From the NCBI GenBank assembly GCA_028289135.1, contig JAQGGW010000005.1:2941-66940 (forward strand): a stretch of 64,000 nucleotides of DNA, in the 5' to 3' direction. This DNA comes from Candidatus Saccharimonadota bacterium. GTDB taxonomy: Bacteria; Patescibacteriota; Saccharimonadia; Saccharimonadales; JACDBH01. Positions 37,220-47,237 of the stretch are shown here, one piece after another (position 1 is the stretch's first letter; the number at the start of each line of letters is the position of its first letter). The notes below the pieces were generated by a model. It saw nothing but the letters and a program-made list of their open reading frames with translations, was not told the origin of the DNA and did no database searches. The translations under genes and the position numbers were made by a program.

Positions 37220-37297
37220 TAGCATTAAGAATGCTATAGCTTATAGTTAATACTGCAAGGGTAGCAAAGCATTGCTAGTATTCTAATGCTAGTAATG
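37220..37297. promoter_or_regulatory. Pair of related palindromes (putative operators) upstream of the VOC gene
   Basis: TAGCATT-AAG-AATGCTA (37220-37236) and CATTGCTAGTATT-CT-AATGCTAGTAATG (37270-37297). Confidence 0.5.
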
Positions 37298-37314
37298 AAT
37301 TAACAGAGGAGAAA

Positions 37315-37704
37315 ATGATTATGCTTCACGATTCACCAACATTCAGCGGGTTTTCAGTAAAAGATCAAAATGAAGCACTTGAGTTCTACAAAGACGTTTT
37401 AGGATTAGAAGTTGAAGATACCGGGATGGGCTTAAAGCTTAAAACTGCCGGCGGCAATGACGTATTTGTCTACGCCAAAGAAAACCACGAACCAGCGACT
37501 TTTACGATTTTAAACTTCCAGGTTGAAGATATTGACGCTGCGGTGGACGGTCTGACAGAAAAAGGCGTTAAGTTTGAAGTTTATGAAGGTATGCACCAGG
37601 ATGAAAAGGGCATTGCCCGCGGTATTGCGGCCAAAATGGGCCCAGATATTGCCTGGTTTAAAGACCCAAGCGGCAACATTTTATCGGTTTTGCACGGCGA
37701 GTAG
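37315..37704 (+). CDS. VOC/glyoxalase family protein
   Basis: FSV.D...[30 protein letters not shown]. Confidence 0.9.
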   Translation: MIMLHDSPTFSGFSVKDQNEALEFYKDVLGLEVEDTGMGLKLKTAGGNDVFVYAKENHEPATFTILNFQVEDIDAAVDGLTEKGVKFEVYEGMHQDEKGIARGIAAKMGPDIAWFKDPSGNILSVLHGE

Positions 37705-38271
37705 GTCAAGCTGGGTTTTTGAAACCGCGCCTTCGCGGAGGACGATAATTTTGCCATTATTAAAGTCAACGATTGTAGACGGTTCACGACCAGACAAGTC
37801 TCCGCCGTCTACATAAAAGTCTACCGCTTCACCAAAATAATCATAGGCCATGGCTATGGTTGTGGAGCTTGGATCACCAGTGGTATTGGCGCTAGACGTC
37901 ATTAGCGGGCCAGTTTGCTGGAGTAAGTTTCTAACTTCTTCATTAGCGGTAATCCTTACCGAAAACTCGTTGAGCCCTTGGTGAAGATAGTAAAGCTCTG
38001 TCATGTGCATGACTACGCCTATCGGGTTTGGCCACAAGTAGGCGACTGCTCTTAAATCTTTTTCGGACATGCCAAGCTCAACGAGCTGCTCTATATTAGC
38101 AGCCACCATGGTTCCTGGCTTATTCTCGCGGTGTTTTAGGGCGTACAGCCTTTTTACTGCTGCAGGGTCGCCGGCGCGTGCCACCAAACCATAAAGCGTA
38201 TCGGTCGGCATAACACCAACATTACCATTTTTGAGCATTTCCACTGCGTCAGAGAGCGATGTAAGATTCAT
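37681..38271 (-). CDS. tsaC: L-threonylcarbamoyladenylate synthase (TsaC/YrdC)
   Basis: [30 protein letters not shown]. Confidence 0.9.
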   Translation of the reverse strand: MNLTSLSDAVEMLKNGNVGVMPTDTLYGLVARAGDPAAVKRLYALKHRENKPGTMVAANIEQLVELGMSEKDLRAVAYLWPNPIGVVMHMTELYYLHQGLNEFSVRITANEEVRNLLQQTGPLMTSSANTTGDPSSTTIAMAYDYFGEAVDFYVDGGDLSGREPSTIVDFNNGKIIVLREGAVSKTQLDLLAVQNR

Positions 38272-38327
38272 TGGCCTTTTAGTATAGCGGAGGTGGTAGT
38301 ATATGTGTAGTAATCAAGGAGGGTTCC

Positions 38328-38567
38328 ATGGTGCAGCAACTTGAAGATCAAGCAGTGGCAAAGAAATCTTGGAAGCTAAAAATGAGCTGGCTGGCACCTG
38401 TTTTGCTGATCGTTTCGGTGGCCACAACGTTGGTAGCAATTTTGGCGATAACTTCTTGGGTTGAGCTTTCCGGCTGGCATCACGCCCTTCAGCACGTCAT
38501 GATTTTTGTCTCTGGCACAGTAGCCGGCGGGTCATTGTTAAGTATGCATAAGAAAAAGGAGCAATAA
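38328..38567 (+). CDS. Small two-TM protein with a WHHALQH motif
   Basis: AAGGAGG SD; two hydrophobic helices; 1 nt from the sodC start. Confidence 0.6.
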   Translation: MVQQLEDQAVAKKSWKLKMSWLAPVLLIVSVATTLVAILAITSWVELSGWHHALQHVMIFVSGTVAGGSLLSMHKKKEQ

Positions 38568-38568
38568 A

Positions 38569-39093
38569 ATGAAGGTAGATTTGAATGCTGAAAATAAAAC
38601 AGTGTCCGCACGGGCAAAAGCAGACGTCGCAGGGCCTGGTAACCTAACTGGAACGGCGACCTTTACGGAATACGACGTTGACGGCTGGAAATATGTGCAT
38701 CTTAACCTAAGCGTAAAAGGCGACCCAAAAACACTAAAGCTGGGCAAACACGCTGTGCACATCCACGAAAAGGGTGACTGTGAATGCGACGGTTTTAAGT
38801 GCGCTGGCGGCCACTTTGACCCAGGACCATCAGGCAACAGCGACCCGGACGTTAACCACGGCTTTCATGCTGGCGACCTGCCAAGCATTACTATCGACGA
38901 AAACGGCGAGGGCGAGCTAGAAACCATCACCACACGCGTAACACTCAGCGATGGCCCAGTTTCGATATTGCAGCCCGAAGAAGGCACATCCATTATGATC
39001 CATGCCAACGTTGACCCATACGCACCTGGCGAGGCGGGGTCTGGAATTAGCGGCGGGCCAAGATTGGGATGTGGCAAGATAGAAAGAGTATAG
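38569..39093 (+). CDS. sodC: Cu/Zn superoxide dismutase, no signal peptide
   Basis: HIH, GGHFDP, NHG.HAGDL, IMIHA, G.SGGPR.GCG: full Cu/Zn ligand set. Confidence 0.9.
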   Translation: MKVDLNAENKTVSARAKADVAGPGNLTGTATFTEYDVDGWKYVHLNLSVKGDPKTLKLGKHAVHIHEKGDCECDGFKCAGGHFDPGPSGNSDPDVNHGFHAGDLPSITIDENGEGELETITTRVTLSDGPVSILQPEEGTSIMIHANVDPYAPGEAGSGISGGPRLGCGKIERV

Positions 39094-39242
39094 CCAAGAT
39101 AGTTTTAGCCGCAAAAGTAATCTGTGACAAATATCACACTCTTTTATCACACCCGTAGAAGTTAGCACTAGTATTAAAGCACAAGAAAGCGTATAATCGC
39201 CGAAGTTAGTGTTGTAAATTATGTTCGCTCTTATGAGGTAAT

Positions 39243-40541
39243 ATGTTTTTAAACAGATTCGGTGTACGCGCATCGCAACTGAAAGCCGTGTTTGAAAACG
39301 GAGTTTCGCTTTCTACTTATTTTCCTAGTGGAACCCAGTTTTATTATGGTTACCCAGCGGGCGAGGATTCGGGCTTTTTAAATAAGGTTACTCCATCTGT
39401 TGAGGAGCTTGTGGCGGCGCGTCCAAACTGTTGCGCCGGGCCGGATATTTCGGTAATAAACTTTGCGGCAACAACCTCAGCTTCTATAAACCAAAAAGTA
39501 ATTGACCTGTTCAACATCCCGCAAGTTGCCAAAGATCGTGCAATTGTCCTGCCAAGTGAAATTGATCTCAGCGTCGAAGGTAACCACCGCAACGAAGCCG
39601 TCAAAAGCGCCCTAAAGAAGCTTATTACACCCGGCAGTCTCGTAATGGCCCAGCCATATACCGACGATGACCTGGCGGATTTATACCAAATCCCCGCACA
39701 GACCACCGCTTGGCTCAACGACAAGAGCAATATGGGTAGCTACGTTAACGCCGATATGATGCCAAAAAGCTTCGGGATCTTCGCAAACGGTTCCGAATTT
39801 TTTAAAGCGCACGAATCCATGCCAGTGCCTGTTGTTGTTAAGGCGTCATTGTCCAGCTCGGGTGATGGCGTTTTTTTATGCGATACCGAAGAAGACATTA
39901 AAGAAGCCGCGCACAAGTTCGAACATCTGGAAGGCAAAATTTTGGTTGAGCAGTATATAAAGACGGTGACTAACTACGGCGTTCATTTTGGCGTGCCGAG
40001 TGACAAAAAAATGCCGATCGACATCATTGGTGTTAACGAGCAGCTTACAACTCCAAAAGGTGAGTTTATTGGCGGTATTATCCGCAGCGCAGAAATTCCA
40101 AAAGAGCTTATTAAGGCCGTTACACACCTTAAAAATGACATTTTGCCAAAAGTACGCGACATGGGCTGGTACGGCATTGGTGGTTTTGATGTACTGGTGG
40201 ACGACACTGGCAAGGCCTATTTTATTGACTGCAATTTCCGCATGACAGGCATGTCGGCCTACCATTTTATGATCGCGAACCAAAAGCTAAAGCGCCCTGT
40301 TGCGGGTTTTAGCGGTGAATTTATAGGCAAATCAGAAGACCTTATAAAAAAATTGTCAGAATATGGCGGCAAAGATGCCAATGGTAAGTTCTTGCAGATT
40401 ATTACAATGAGCCGCCATGATGACACTTGGCGTTTTAACGGCACCATATCTTTTAAAAACGATAAAGAATTAAAAGAGTATGCTTCGCTGCTCCTGTTTG
40501 CAGATGTTGAGTCCCAGGCTCTCCGTTTTTTAGCCGACTAA
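39243..40541 (+). CDS. ATP-grasp domain protein
   Basis: LNDK, PVVVK...SSGDGVF, LVEQYI, GIGGFD, FIDCNFR. Confidence 0.75.
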   Translation: MFLNRFGVRASQLKAVFENGVSLSTYFPSGTQFYYGYPAGEDSGFLNKVTPSVEELVAARPNCCAGPDISVINFAATTSASINQKVIDLFNIPQVAKDRAIVLPSEIDLSVEGNHRNEAVKSALKKLITPGSLVMAQPYTDDDLADLYQIPAQTTAWLNDKSNMGSYVNADMMPKSFGIFANGSEFFKAHESMPVPVVVKASLSSSGDGVFLCDTEEDIKEAAHKFEHLEGKILVEQYIKTVTNYGVHFGVPSDKKMPIDIIGVNEQLTTPKGEFIGGIIRSAEIPKELIKAVTHLKNDILPKVRDMGWYGIGGFDVLVDDTGKAYFIDCNFRMTGMSAYHFMIANQKLKRPVAGFSGEFIGKSEDLIKKLSEYGGKDANGKFLQIITMSRHDDTWRFNGTISFKNDKELKEYASLLLFADVESQALRFLAD

Positions 40542-41167
40542 GTTAGTTTTGGCGGGGTTTTACGAAAGTAGCCGTGCGTGCCGAAAACAATCAGCCACAG
40601 CGTTTGCGGGTAGGCCGTTAGGCGTTCCATTCCGCCCGTGCCAAGCCCGAGGTAATGGTGGGTGGTAAACAAGACTAAGGCTGTCAAAGCCAGCGCGCCG
40701 GAAAGAAATGTATAAACTCTTAGCGGACGCGGGATGTCGAGCGAGTAGCTAAGCAGCACCATGCCCGCGTTACCTACCAAAAACGGCATTGCAGCCCCAA
40801 AAACATGTAGCGCGCTAATGGTGTTTTCGGGAAAAGCCCCAACTAGCACTGTACCAATACCTGCTAAACCAAGAGTTGTGAATCCTAGCCAGTTTAAGCG
40901 CGATGGTTTAAAGATTTTATAGTGGAAAATGGCGCCCAAAAACATGGTGATGCCAAGGATAATGAACGAAATGTTCATGAGCGTATGCAGCGGCGAGCAA
41001 ACTGAACGGCCGTCATAAATACCGCACATGGTGTTGCCAAGGTCGCTGATGGTGTTAAAACGCATGCTATAGCGGGGCATAAACCGAAGCATGACAATTA
41101 CTTGCACCGCAAAATACTGCAAACTAACTATCCAGAGCCATGGGCCGCTTTTTTTGTGCTTAACCAT
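40538..41167 (-). CDS. DUF998-like membrane protein
   Basis: YS...NTISDLG, SPLH..MN, G.FPE, LH, G.GGMER. Confidence 0.75.
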   Translation of the reverse strand: MVKHKKSGPWLWIVSLQYFAVQVIVMLRFMPRYSMRFNTISDLGNTMCGIYDGRSVCSPLHTLMNISFIILGITMFLGAIFHYKIFKPSRLNWLGFTTLGLAGIGTVLVGAFPENTISALHVFGAAMPFLVGNAGMVLLSYSLDIPRPLRVYTFLSGALALTALVLFTTHHYLGLGTGGMERLTAYPQTLWLIVFGTHGYFRKTPPKLT

Positions 41168-41220
41168 TATGCTTATAAGCGTATCACAGCAGGTATATAT
41201 GGTGTATTATGTAAATAACA

Positions 41221-41616
41221 ATGGGAACGACAGCAGATAAGAATAAAGCCGAAAATGAAGTGGTATTCCGCAACTTCAATGAACGTATGAATAAAGGTAT
41301 TCATAGTCTAAAAAAAATCGCTACCGAAGAAGGCCAGTTTACCGATGTGCCTGACCTTAAGAAGTCGCTTTATTACTGCTGTGAATGCGCCGACGAAAAC
41401 TGCAGGGATCGTATAAAGATTAGCTCAAGTACTTATGCAAAGCTGCATGGTAAGAATAACTCTTTTGTAATTATTCCTGGGCATAATGTAAAAGAAATTG
41501 AACGCGTAGTCCTTAGACGGCCAAATTACGAAGTTGTAGAAAAATATATTGAACCGTCAAAGTCTGTTAAAGGGCTTCATATTACTGATTTTGATGTCAA
41601 AAAGCTTAGGTCTTAA
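41221..41616 (+). CDS. Hypothetical protein with a CECA...C motif (probable metal binding)
   Basis: ENE..FR..NER, CCECADENC, PGH, ERVV, YEVVEK. Confidence 0.65.
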   Translation: MGTTADKNKAENEVVFRNFNERMNKGIHSLKKIATEEGQFTDVPDLKKSLYYCCECADENCRDRIKISSSTYAKLHGKNNSFVIIPGHNVKEIERVVLRRPNYEVVEKYIEPSKSVKGLHITDFDVKKLRS

Positions 41617-42494
41617 GCACTTATTGGTTTTTTTGCTGTAGTTTTTAACTCGCGACGTTTCCAATAATAGCGCACAGCCGCATAGCCGCCAACTGCGTAC
41701 AGCGCGCCGATGATTTCGTCGATTGCATAATGTTCGCCCATATAGACAGTGCCAAAAAAGATCAGTAACGGATAAATGCTGGCCGCGAGAGCCCATTTTT
41801 TACCGTATAGCTTATAGACAAACAATACCAAAAGCGTGGCATAGGCGGCGTGCAGTGAAGGCATGGCGGCAACCGGGTTGGGCGAAATTTTGTTGTAAAC
41901 ACTCGGGAAATCGTGGATGCCAAGCGCAAACCAAACATTGCTGGAAACACGCGTAATTGGAGCAATCAGTCCATTTTGGGCTGCCAGCCATGGCGGTGCG
42001 GCCGGGAAGAATAAAAAAGTAATAAAGCCGGCAAACGAAACTGTCAGGTAGGTGGTTATAAAGCGCCAATAGTGCTTTTCGCGGGTTTTCCAGATTAATA
42101 ACGCCAGGCCAATCGGCAGCACAAAATGGAGCATATAAGCCAGATAAAACACAAAGTCATACCACTGCACATGGCCGTGCCATAAGACGTTTTGCAGCAT
42201 CGCGGTTGGCAAACGTCCGCCAAACAAAAACTTGTCGGTGTTAATCAGGCTACCGTAATGCACGTGTTTGTTAAGTGTTGGCACAAGCCCGCGGAATGAT
42301 TCGTAGACCAACAATATTGCCACAAAAGGCACAAGTCTTTTTAAAGCCTGCAAACCTTGGCTAAAAGCCATAAAAATTAGTGTTACAAAAACGAGTAGTT
42401 TGTCGGGGGTGGGGAAGCTTGGTTCATGAATAAAAATACCAAGGCAAACAAGCGTGCCAATAATACCTATAATCTGGGATATTTTACGTTGCAT
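41613..42494 (-). CDS. PAP2-superfamily, Aur1/IPC-synthase-like phosphotransferase
   Basis: FPAAPPW, NPVAAMPSLHAA, GEHYAID; multi-TM. Confidence 0.85.
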   Translation of the reverse strand: MQRKISQIIGIIGTLVCLGIFIHEPSFPTPDKLLVFVTLIFMAFSQGLQALKRLVPFVAILLVYESFRGLVPTLNKHVHYGSLINTDKFLFGGRLPTAMLQNVLWHGHVQWYDFVFYLAYMLHFVLPIGLALLIWKTREKHYWRFITTYLTVSFAGFITFLFFPAAPPWLAAQNGLIAPITRVSSNVWFALGIHDFPSVYNKISPNPVAAMPSLHAAYATLLVLFVYKLYGKKWALAASIYPLLIFFGTVYMGEHYAIDEIIGALYAVGGYAAVRYYWKRRELKTTAKKPISA

Positions 42495-42546
42495 AAATCG
42501 GCTTATATCTTACCACGCGAGGTAAGTATTAATTTAGGATGCTTTT

Positions 42547-43728
42547 TTAAAACAAATGCAGGTCCTTAAGCTCGTCGGGCAAAAAGCCGCCTTCGTGTTT
42601 AAAGTTGGCTTTCCATTCGTAGCCTTTGTTGTAGCCCAGGTCTTTCATAAGCTTGGTTGGCGCGTTTCTTAAATGTAGTGGGACTTTGGCGTCAGGATAT
42701 TGTTTGGCGGCTGCAAGTGCGGCGCTCATGGCATCTGCCACCACCCGGGACTTTTCGCACTTGGCCATAACAGTAGCGCAGTGAAACAGGTTGTACTGGC
42801 ATTCTGGCATACCGATTCGCTCAACTGCTTGAAAGGTTGAAACAGCCAAATTTAGCGCCGCGGGCGCGGCGATCCCAATGTCTTCAGACGCAAAAATCAC
42901 CATCCGCCGCGCGATAAACTTTGGATCTTCGCCTGCGTCAAGCATAAGGGCCATGTAATAAAGCGAGGCGTTTGGATCGCTAACGCGCATGGATTTAATG
43001 AAGGCACTGATGATGTTGTAATGCATTTCGCCGGCCTTGTCGTAGCCCGGCAAATGCCTCTGGGCGGCGCTGGTGATGCTTTCGGAGTTTATAACTTTGC
43101 CACTAGCGAGGCTAATCGCCAGCTCCAGTGTGCCAAGTGCCACACGCGCATCGCCGCCAGAAAGTTCAGCCAGCAGATCCACGCTTTTATCCGGCAAGTT
43201 TTTGGCCTTAACACCTTCTGACTTGGCAGCACGTTTTAAAAGCAAAATAATGTCTTCTTTGCTGAGCGGCTCCAAAACAATTACCCGGCTGCGGGATAAC
43301 AGCGGCGTAATAACCTCAAAGCTTGGGTTTTCAGTTGTGGCACCGATCAAGGTCAAAAGGCCGCTTTCGACATGCGGCAAAAAAGCGTCCTGCTGGGCTT
43401 TGTTAAAACGATGGATTTCGTCGACAAACAGCACGGTGCGCAACTGAAGGCGCTGGTTTTCTTCAGCTTGTTTAACAACCCGGACAACGTCCGCCTTCAT
43501 GGCATTGACGGCACTGATCTCAATAAAATCGGCTTCCATTTCGCTAGCTATAATCCGCGCCAAGGTTGTCTTGCCGCTGCCTGGCGGCCCCCAGAAAATC
43601 ACGCTGAAAGGTTGCCCAGATTTAACCAGCTGCTGCAAGAGTTTACCTTCGCCCAAGACATGCGCCTGCCCAACGACTTCGTCGAGCGTCTTTGGCCGCA
43701 TTTTCTCCGCCAGTGGAACATATGCCAT
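42547..43728 (-). CDS. rarA: Replication-associated recombination protein RarA (MgsA)
   Basis: PLAEKMRP, WGPPGSGKTT, DEIHRFNKAQQD, GATTENPSF, ISAFIKS, ASEDIG, VPLHLRNAPT. Confidence 0.96.
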   Translation of the reverse strand: MAYVPLAEKMRPKTLDEVVGQAHVLGEGKLLQQLVKSGQPFSVIFWGPPGSGKTTLARIIASEMEADFIEISAVNAMKADVVRVVKQAEENQRLQLRTVLFVDEIHRFNKAQQDAFLPHVESGLLTLIGATTENPSFEVITPLLSRSRVIVLEPLSKEDIILLLKRAAKSEGVKAKNLPDKSVDLLAELSGGDARVALGTLELAISLASGKVINSESITSAAQRHLPGYDKAGEMHYNIISAFIKSMRVSDPNASLYYMALMLDAGEDPKFIARRMVIFASEDIGIAAPAALNLAVSTFQAVERIGMPECQYNLFHCATVMAKCEKSRVVADAMSAALAAAKQYPDAKVPLHLRNAPTKLMKDLGYNKGYEWKANFKHEGGFLPDELKDLHLF

Positions 43729-43767
43729 ATACCTATTATACGACTTTTATCCAGGCGGGGAGTTTAG

Positions 43768-44613
43768 TTAGTTAGAGTTGCTGTCATCTGTCGAGTCTGT
43801 AGTAGACGAACCCATTGCTTTCATGGCGTCTTCCATCTGCTTTTGAGCATCGGCTGCGCTTTGGCTAGAGCTTGTGGATGATTTAACGGGTGTAGGCGCG
43901 CTTACGCTAATGTTGCCGTAGGCGATAACCATATCCGAAGTTCCATCGGCCGACTTGGTAGTTGTCCGGCGAAGCAAAAAGTCTTTGGTGTCAAACCATA
44001 CAAACTGTTCGGTAGCGGTGTCGGCGCTGTCAATTATCTGGTATTTGTAGCAGGTAAGGCTCTGGCAAGCTTCTTTGCCGATCTTTTTGTACTGGGTTTT
44101 TGATGCTTCGGCCGTATCTTTAAAGTCAGATACTTTTACTTCACCCTTAACATCGGCATTTACTGGTTTTGTAGTGCTGTCATCTGTAAACTTGGTCCAT
44201 GAGCCGTCTGCTTCGTCTTTGGTATAGAAATCCTTGCCTATATTTACATAAGCCGCAACTTCTTTGCCGTTACTACTAGTTACTACCCTGGACTTGTCGG
44301 CATTTTCTGTCTCTGCGACAATTGTGCTTGTGCCTTCGGCTGAAGTGCTCGTGATAGTGGTTTTATAGTTTTTTAAATCTGACCAGTTGGCGGCAAATTT
44401 ACAAAAGTCTTTATCGTTGAGCTCTTTGTTGCATGCGTCTGCTATTGCTTTATCGCTGGCGGCTTGTTCTTTACTAACACCTTTAGTTGGTGATGAATCT
44501 TTATTTTTTGTGGTTACATAGTAGCCAACACCACCGACAGCGGCCAGTATAACCACTACCATGATAATCATAATGTGGGCCATTCCACTTTGGTTTTTAT
44601 TGATTTTCAACAC
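43768..44613 (-). CDS. Secreted/anchored LolA/LppX-like protein with a class-III (prepilin-like) N-terminus
   Basis: KNQSG|MAHI followed by a hydrophobic helix; G.E.C....CYKY..VWFD. Confidence 0.6.
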   Translation of the reverse strand: MLKINKNQSGMAHIMIIMVVVILAAVGGVGYYVTTKNKDSSPTKGVSKEQAASDKAIADACNKELNDKDFCKFAANWSDLKNYKTTITSTSAEGTSTIVAETENADKSRVVTSSNGKEVAAYVNIGKDFYTKDEADGSWTKFTDDSTTKPVNADVKGEVKVSDFKDTAEASKTQYKKIGKEACQSLTCYKYQIIDSADTATEQFVWFDTKDFLLRRTTTKSADGTSDMVIAYGNISVSAPTPVKSSTSSSQSAADAQKQMEDAMKAMGSSTTDSTDDSNSN

Positions 44614-44801
44614 TTATTTTCTCCTAGTTTAATAATGCTTATGCTTTGATTATTATCTTTCTCTCAGGAAAGTCAATAACACTTTAGAAAGCGCTTGGTA
44701 ACAGATAGTACTTATGATATAATTACAACAAATTCACAATTGTTACGTCACTGATTAGTTCATGGTCGTGCAGCGAAAGTTAAGAAAGGTTCTAGATCAC
44801 T

Positions 44802-46634
44802 ATGCCAAGTCTCATTCAAGATCCGACTAAAATCCGGAATATTGCAATTATTGCCCATGTCGACCATGGCAAAACTACTCTTGTTGACGGCCTTTTAAAA
44901 CAGAGCCAGACTTTCCGCGACAACCAAGCCGAAATGAGCCAGGATCTTATCATGGACAGCGGCGACCAAGAAAAAGAGCGCGGCATTACTATTACCGCCA
45001 AGATTACTGCCGTCCAGCACGGCGACTACCGCATTAACATTATCGACACCCCCGGACACGCCGACTTTTCTGGTGAAGTTGAACGCACGCTAAACATGGC
45101 TGATGGTTGTTTGCTGATTGTGGACGCCCAAGAAGGCCCAATGCCTCAGACGAAGTTTGTTTTAACTAAGGCGCTTGCCAACGGACTTAAGCCAATTGTA
45201 GTCATTAACAAGATCGACAAAGATGGCCGCCGTTTGGGCGAAGTCGAAGATGAACTTGCTGATCTGTTCTTGGAGCTGGCAGTGCACGAAGACCAGCTGC
45301 ATTATCCTGTTTACTATGCCATTGGCCGTGCCGGAAAAGCTTGGAAAGAAGTTCCTGAAGACATGGAAGCCGATGGTTCTTTGGACGTTTTGTTTGACGC
45401 CATCATCAGCGACATTCCCGCACCATCTATTGAAGTTGAAAAGCCCTTCCAGATGCTTATTAACGCCTTGGCATGGGACTCATTCAAGGGCAAGTACGCC
45501 ATTGGCCGCATTACCCGCGGGCAAGTAAAGGCCGGCGACACAGTTACGCTTTGCAAAAAAGACGGCACCTTCACGAAGTCAAAAGTTGATAATGTTTATA
45601 TGAGCCACGGCGTCTCACGCTTCGAAGTCCCTGGCGGTGTAGCGGGCGATATTGTCCAGCTAACCGGCATTTCTGATGTCCAGATTGGCGAAACCATTGC
45701 CGACGCCGACCAGCCAGAAGCTTTGCCGGTGCTCGAAGTTGAAGCACCAACCCTTCGTATTTATATGGGTCCAAACACGAGCCCATTCAAAGGCTTGGAA
45801 GGCGAATTTTCTACCTCCCGCCAGATCAAAGAACGCCTGGACAAAGAGCTTGAAACAAACGTTGGCCTGCGCGTTTCTGAAGACGGCATTGGCTTTACCG
45901 TTTCTGGCCGTGGCGAGCTCCACCTCAGTGTTTTGATCGAAACCATGCGCCGCGAAGGCTTTGAATTTGAAATTGGCCGCCCCCAGGTGGTAACGCACCA
46001 AGAAAACGGCAAGACAATGGAGCCGCTTGAAGAAGTTATTATCGAAGTCCCAGCCGAGCACGTTGGTGCTGTACAGATGGAGCTTGGCACCCGCCGGGCA
46101 GAGCTAAAAGAACAGTTTAGCAGCACCAAAGGTGGCACAAAGTTGGTTTACGAAATGCCGACCCGTACGCTTCTTGGTATGCGCAACATCCTCATGACCA
46201 ACACCAAAGGCACGCTGATTATGAACACCTTGCCGCTTGGCTTCCAAGAAATGGGAACCGCCATGCAGCAACTCCGCGCTGGTGTGTTGATTGCCTTCGA
46301 AACCGGCGTTACAACTCCTTATGCACTCCAAAACGTTGAAGAACGCGGCGTTTGTTTTGTCGGCCCGGCTGTTAAGGTTTATGCCGGGCAGATCATTGGG
46401 CTCAACACCCGCTCTGACGACATGGAAATCAACGTTTGCCGCGCCAAGCAGCTGACCAACATGCGCTCTAAGTCATCCGACGGTACTGTGCAGCTAACTC
46501 CCGCGACTATTTTTAGCCTCGAACAATGCCTGGACTTTATTGAAAACGACGAACTCTTGGAAGTTACACCAAAAGCGCTCCGGATGCGCAAAAAAGAGCT
46601 TAACCCCAATCTCCGCAAACGTTCTAAAAACTAA
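44802..46634 (+). CDS. typA: Translational GTPase TypA/BipA
   Basis: [45 protein letters not shown]. Confidence 0.97.
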   Translation: MPSLIQDPTKIRNIAIIAHVDHGKTTLVDGLLKQSQTFRDNQAEMSQDLIMDSGDQEKERGITITAKITAVQHGDYRINIIDTPGHADFSGEVERTLNMADGCLLIVDAQEGPMPQTKFVLTKALANGLKPIVVINKIDKDGRRLGEVEDELADLFLELAVHEDQLHYPVYYAIGRAGKAWKEVPEDMEADGSLDVLFDAIISDIPAPSIEVEKPFQMLINALAWDSFKGKYAIGRITRGQVKAGDTVTLCKKDGTFTKSKVDNVYMSHGVSRFEVPGGVAGDIVQLTGISDVQIGETIADADQPEALPVLEVEAPTLRIYMGPNTSPFKGLEGEFSTSRQIKERLDKELETNVGLRVSEDGIGFTVSGRGELHLSVLIETMRREGFEFEIGRPQVVTHQENGKTMEPLEEVIIEVPAEHVGAVQMELGTRRAELKEQFSSTKGGTKLVYEMPTRTLLGMRNILMTNTKGTLIMNTLPLGFQEMGTAMQQLRAGVLIAFETGVTTPYALQNVEERGVCFVGPAVKVYAGQIIGLNTRSDDMEINVCRAKQLTNMRSKSSDGTVQLTPATIFSLEQCLDFIENDELLEVTPKALRMRKKELNPNLRKRSKN

Positions 46635-46635
46635 C

Positions 46636-46740
46636 TCCGCGGCGCACTGCGTGATTTTTGCCTTGCGTTGCTCGCGCAGCGTATTTTTGGATACGCTTTG
46701 CTGCGCTACGCGGCAAGAAATCCCACATTGCATCCACGGA
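46636..46740. repeat. Long imperfect GC-rich palindrome (REP/MITE-like)
   Basis: TCCGCGG...CCACGGA ends; apex AGCGTAT-N6-ATACGCT. Confidence 0.65.
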
Positions 46741-46835
46741 CTTAGCTTTTAGCCGTCAGCCATAAAACTTAGCTATTAAGTATAAGAAACCCTAAGCATT
46801 AACGCTTGAGTGGGGGAGAGTGCTAAAATTATATT

Positions 46836-47219
46836 ATGTTGAGTATTTCTGACGATGAATTTTCCAAACTCATAGGTGAATGTATGGACGAGCTGCCAGA
46901 ACAATATGTTTTGGGGATGAAAAATGTGCTTGTTACATATGAGGATGATCCTTCGGAAGAACAGCGCCGTAAACAAAAGCTCCAGGCTTACCAAACTCTT
47001 TTTGGGCTGTATGAAGGCGTGCCATTGACCAAGCGTAACGCTGGCTATCAGTTTGTATTACCAGACAGAATTACGATTTTTAAAAACCCGATTTTGCAGC
47101 AGTCGGCGGACATGGTGCAGCTTAAAGCCAAGGTAAAGCACACGCTTTGGCACGAGATTGCTCATTACTACGGCTTGGATCATGACCGGATTCATGAGAT
47201 TGAGCGTAATTGGCAATAG
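46836..47219 (+). CDS. Minimal zincin-like metallopeptidase (DUF1025-like)
   Basis: LFGLYEGVPL, PDRITIF, HEIAHYYG. Confidence 0.85.
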   Translation: MLSISDDEFSKLIGECMDELPEQYVLGMKNVLVTYEDDPSEEQRRKQKLQAYQTLFGLYEGVPLTKRNAGYQFVLPDRITIFKNPILQQSADMVQLKAKVKHTLWHEIAHYYGLDHDRIHEIERNWQ

Positions 47220-47237
47220 CCGGCGTACAATAAACAT

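Noticed and set aside
46800..46826. Possible CIRCE (HrcA) operator, GAGTGCTAA
   Set aside because: Only the right half-site matches; the sequence fits an extended -10 promoter (TG-C-TAAAAT) for the leaderless gene at 46836
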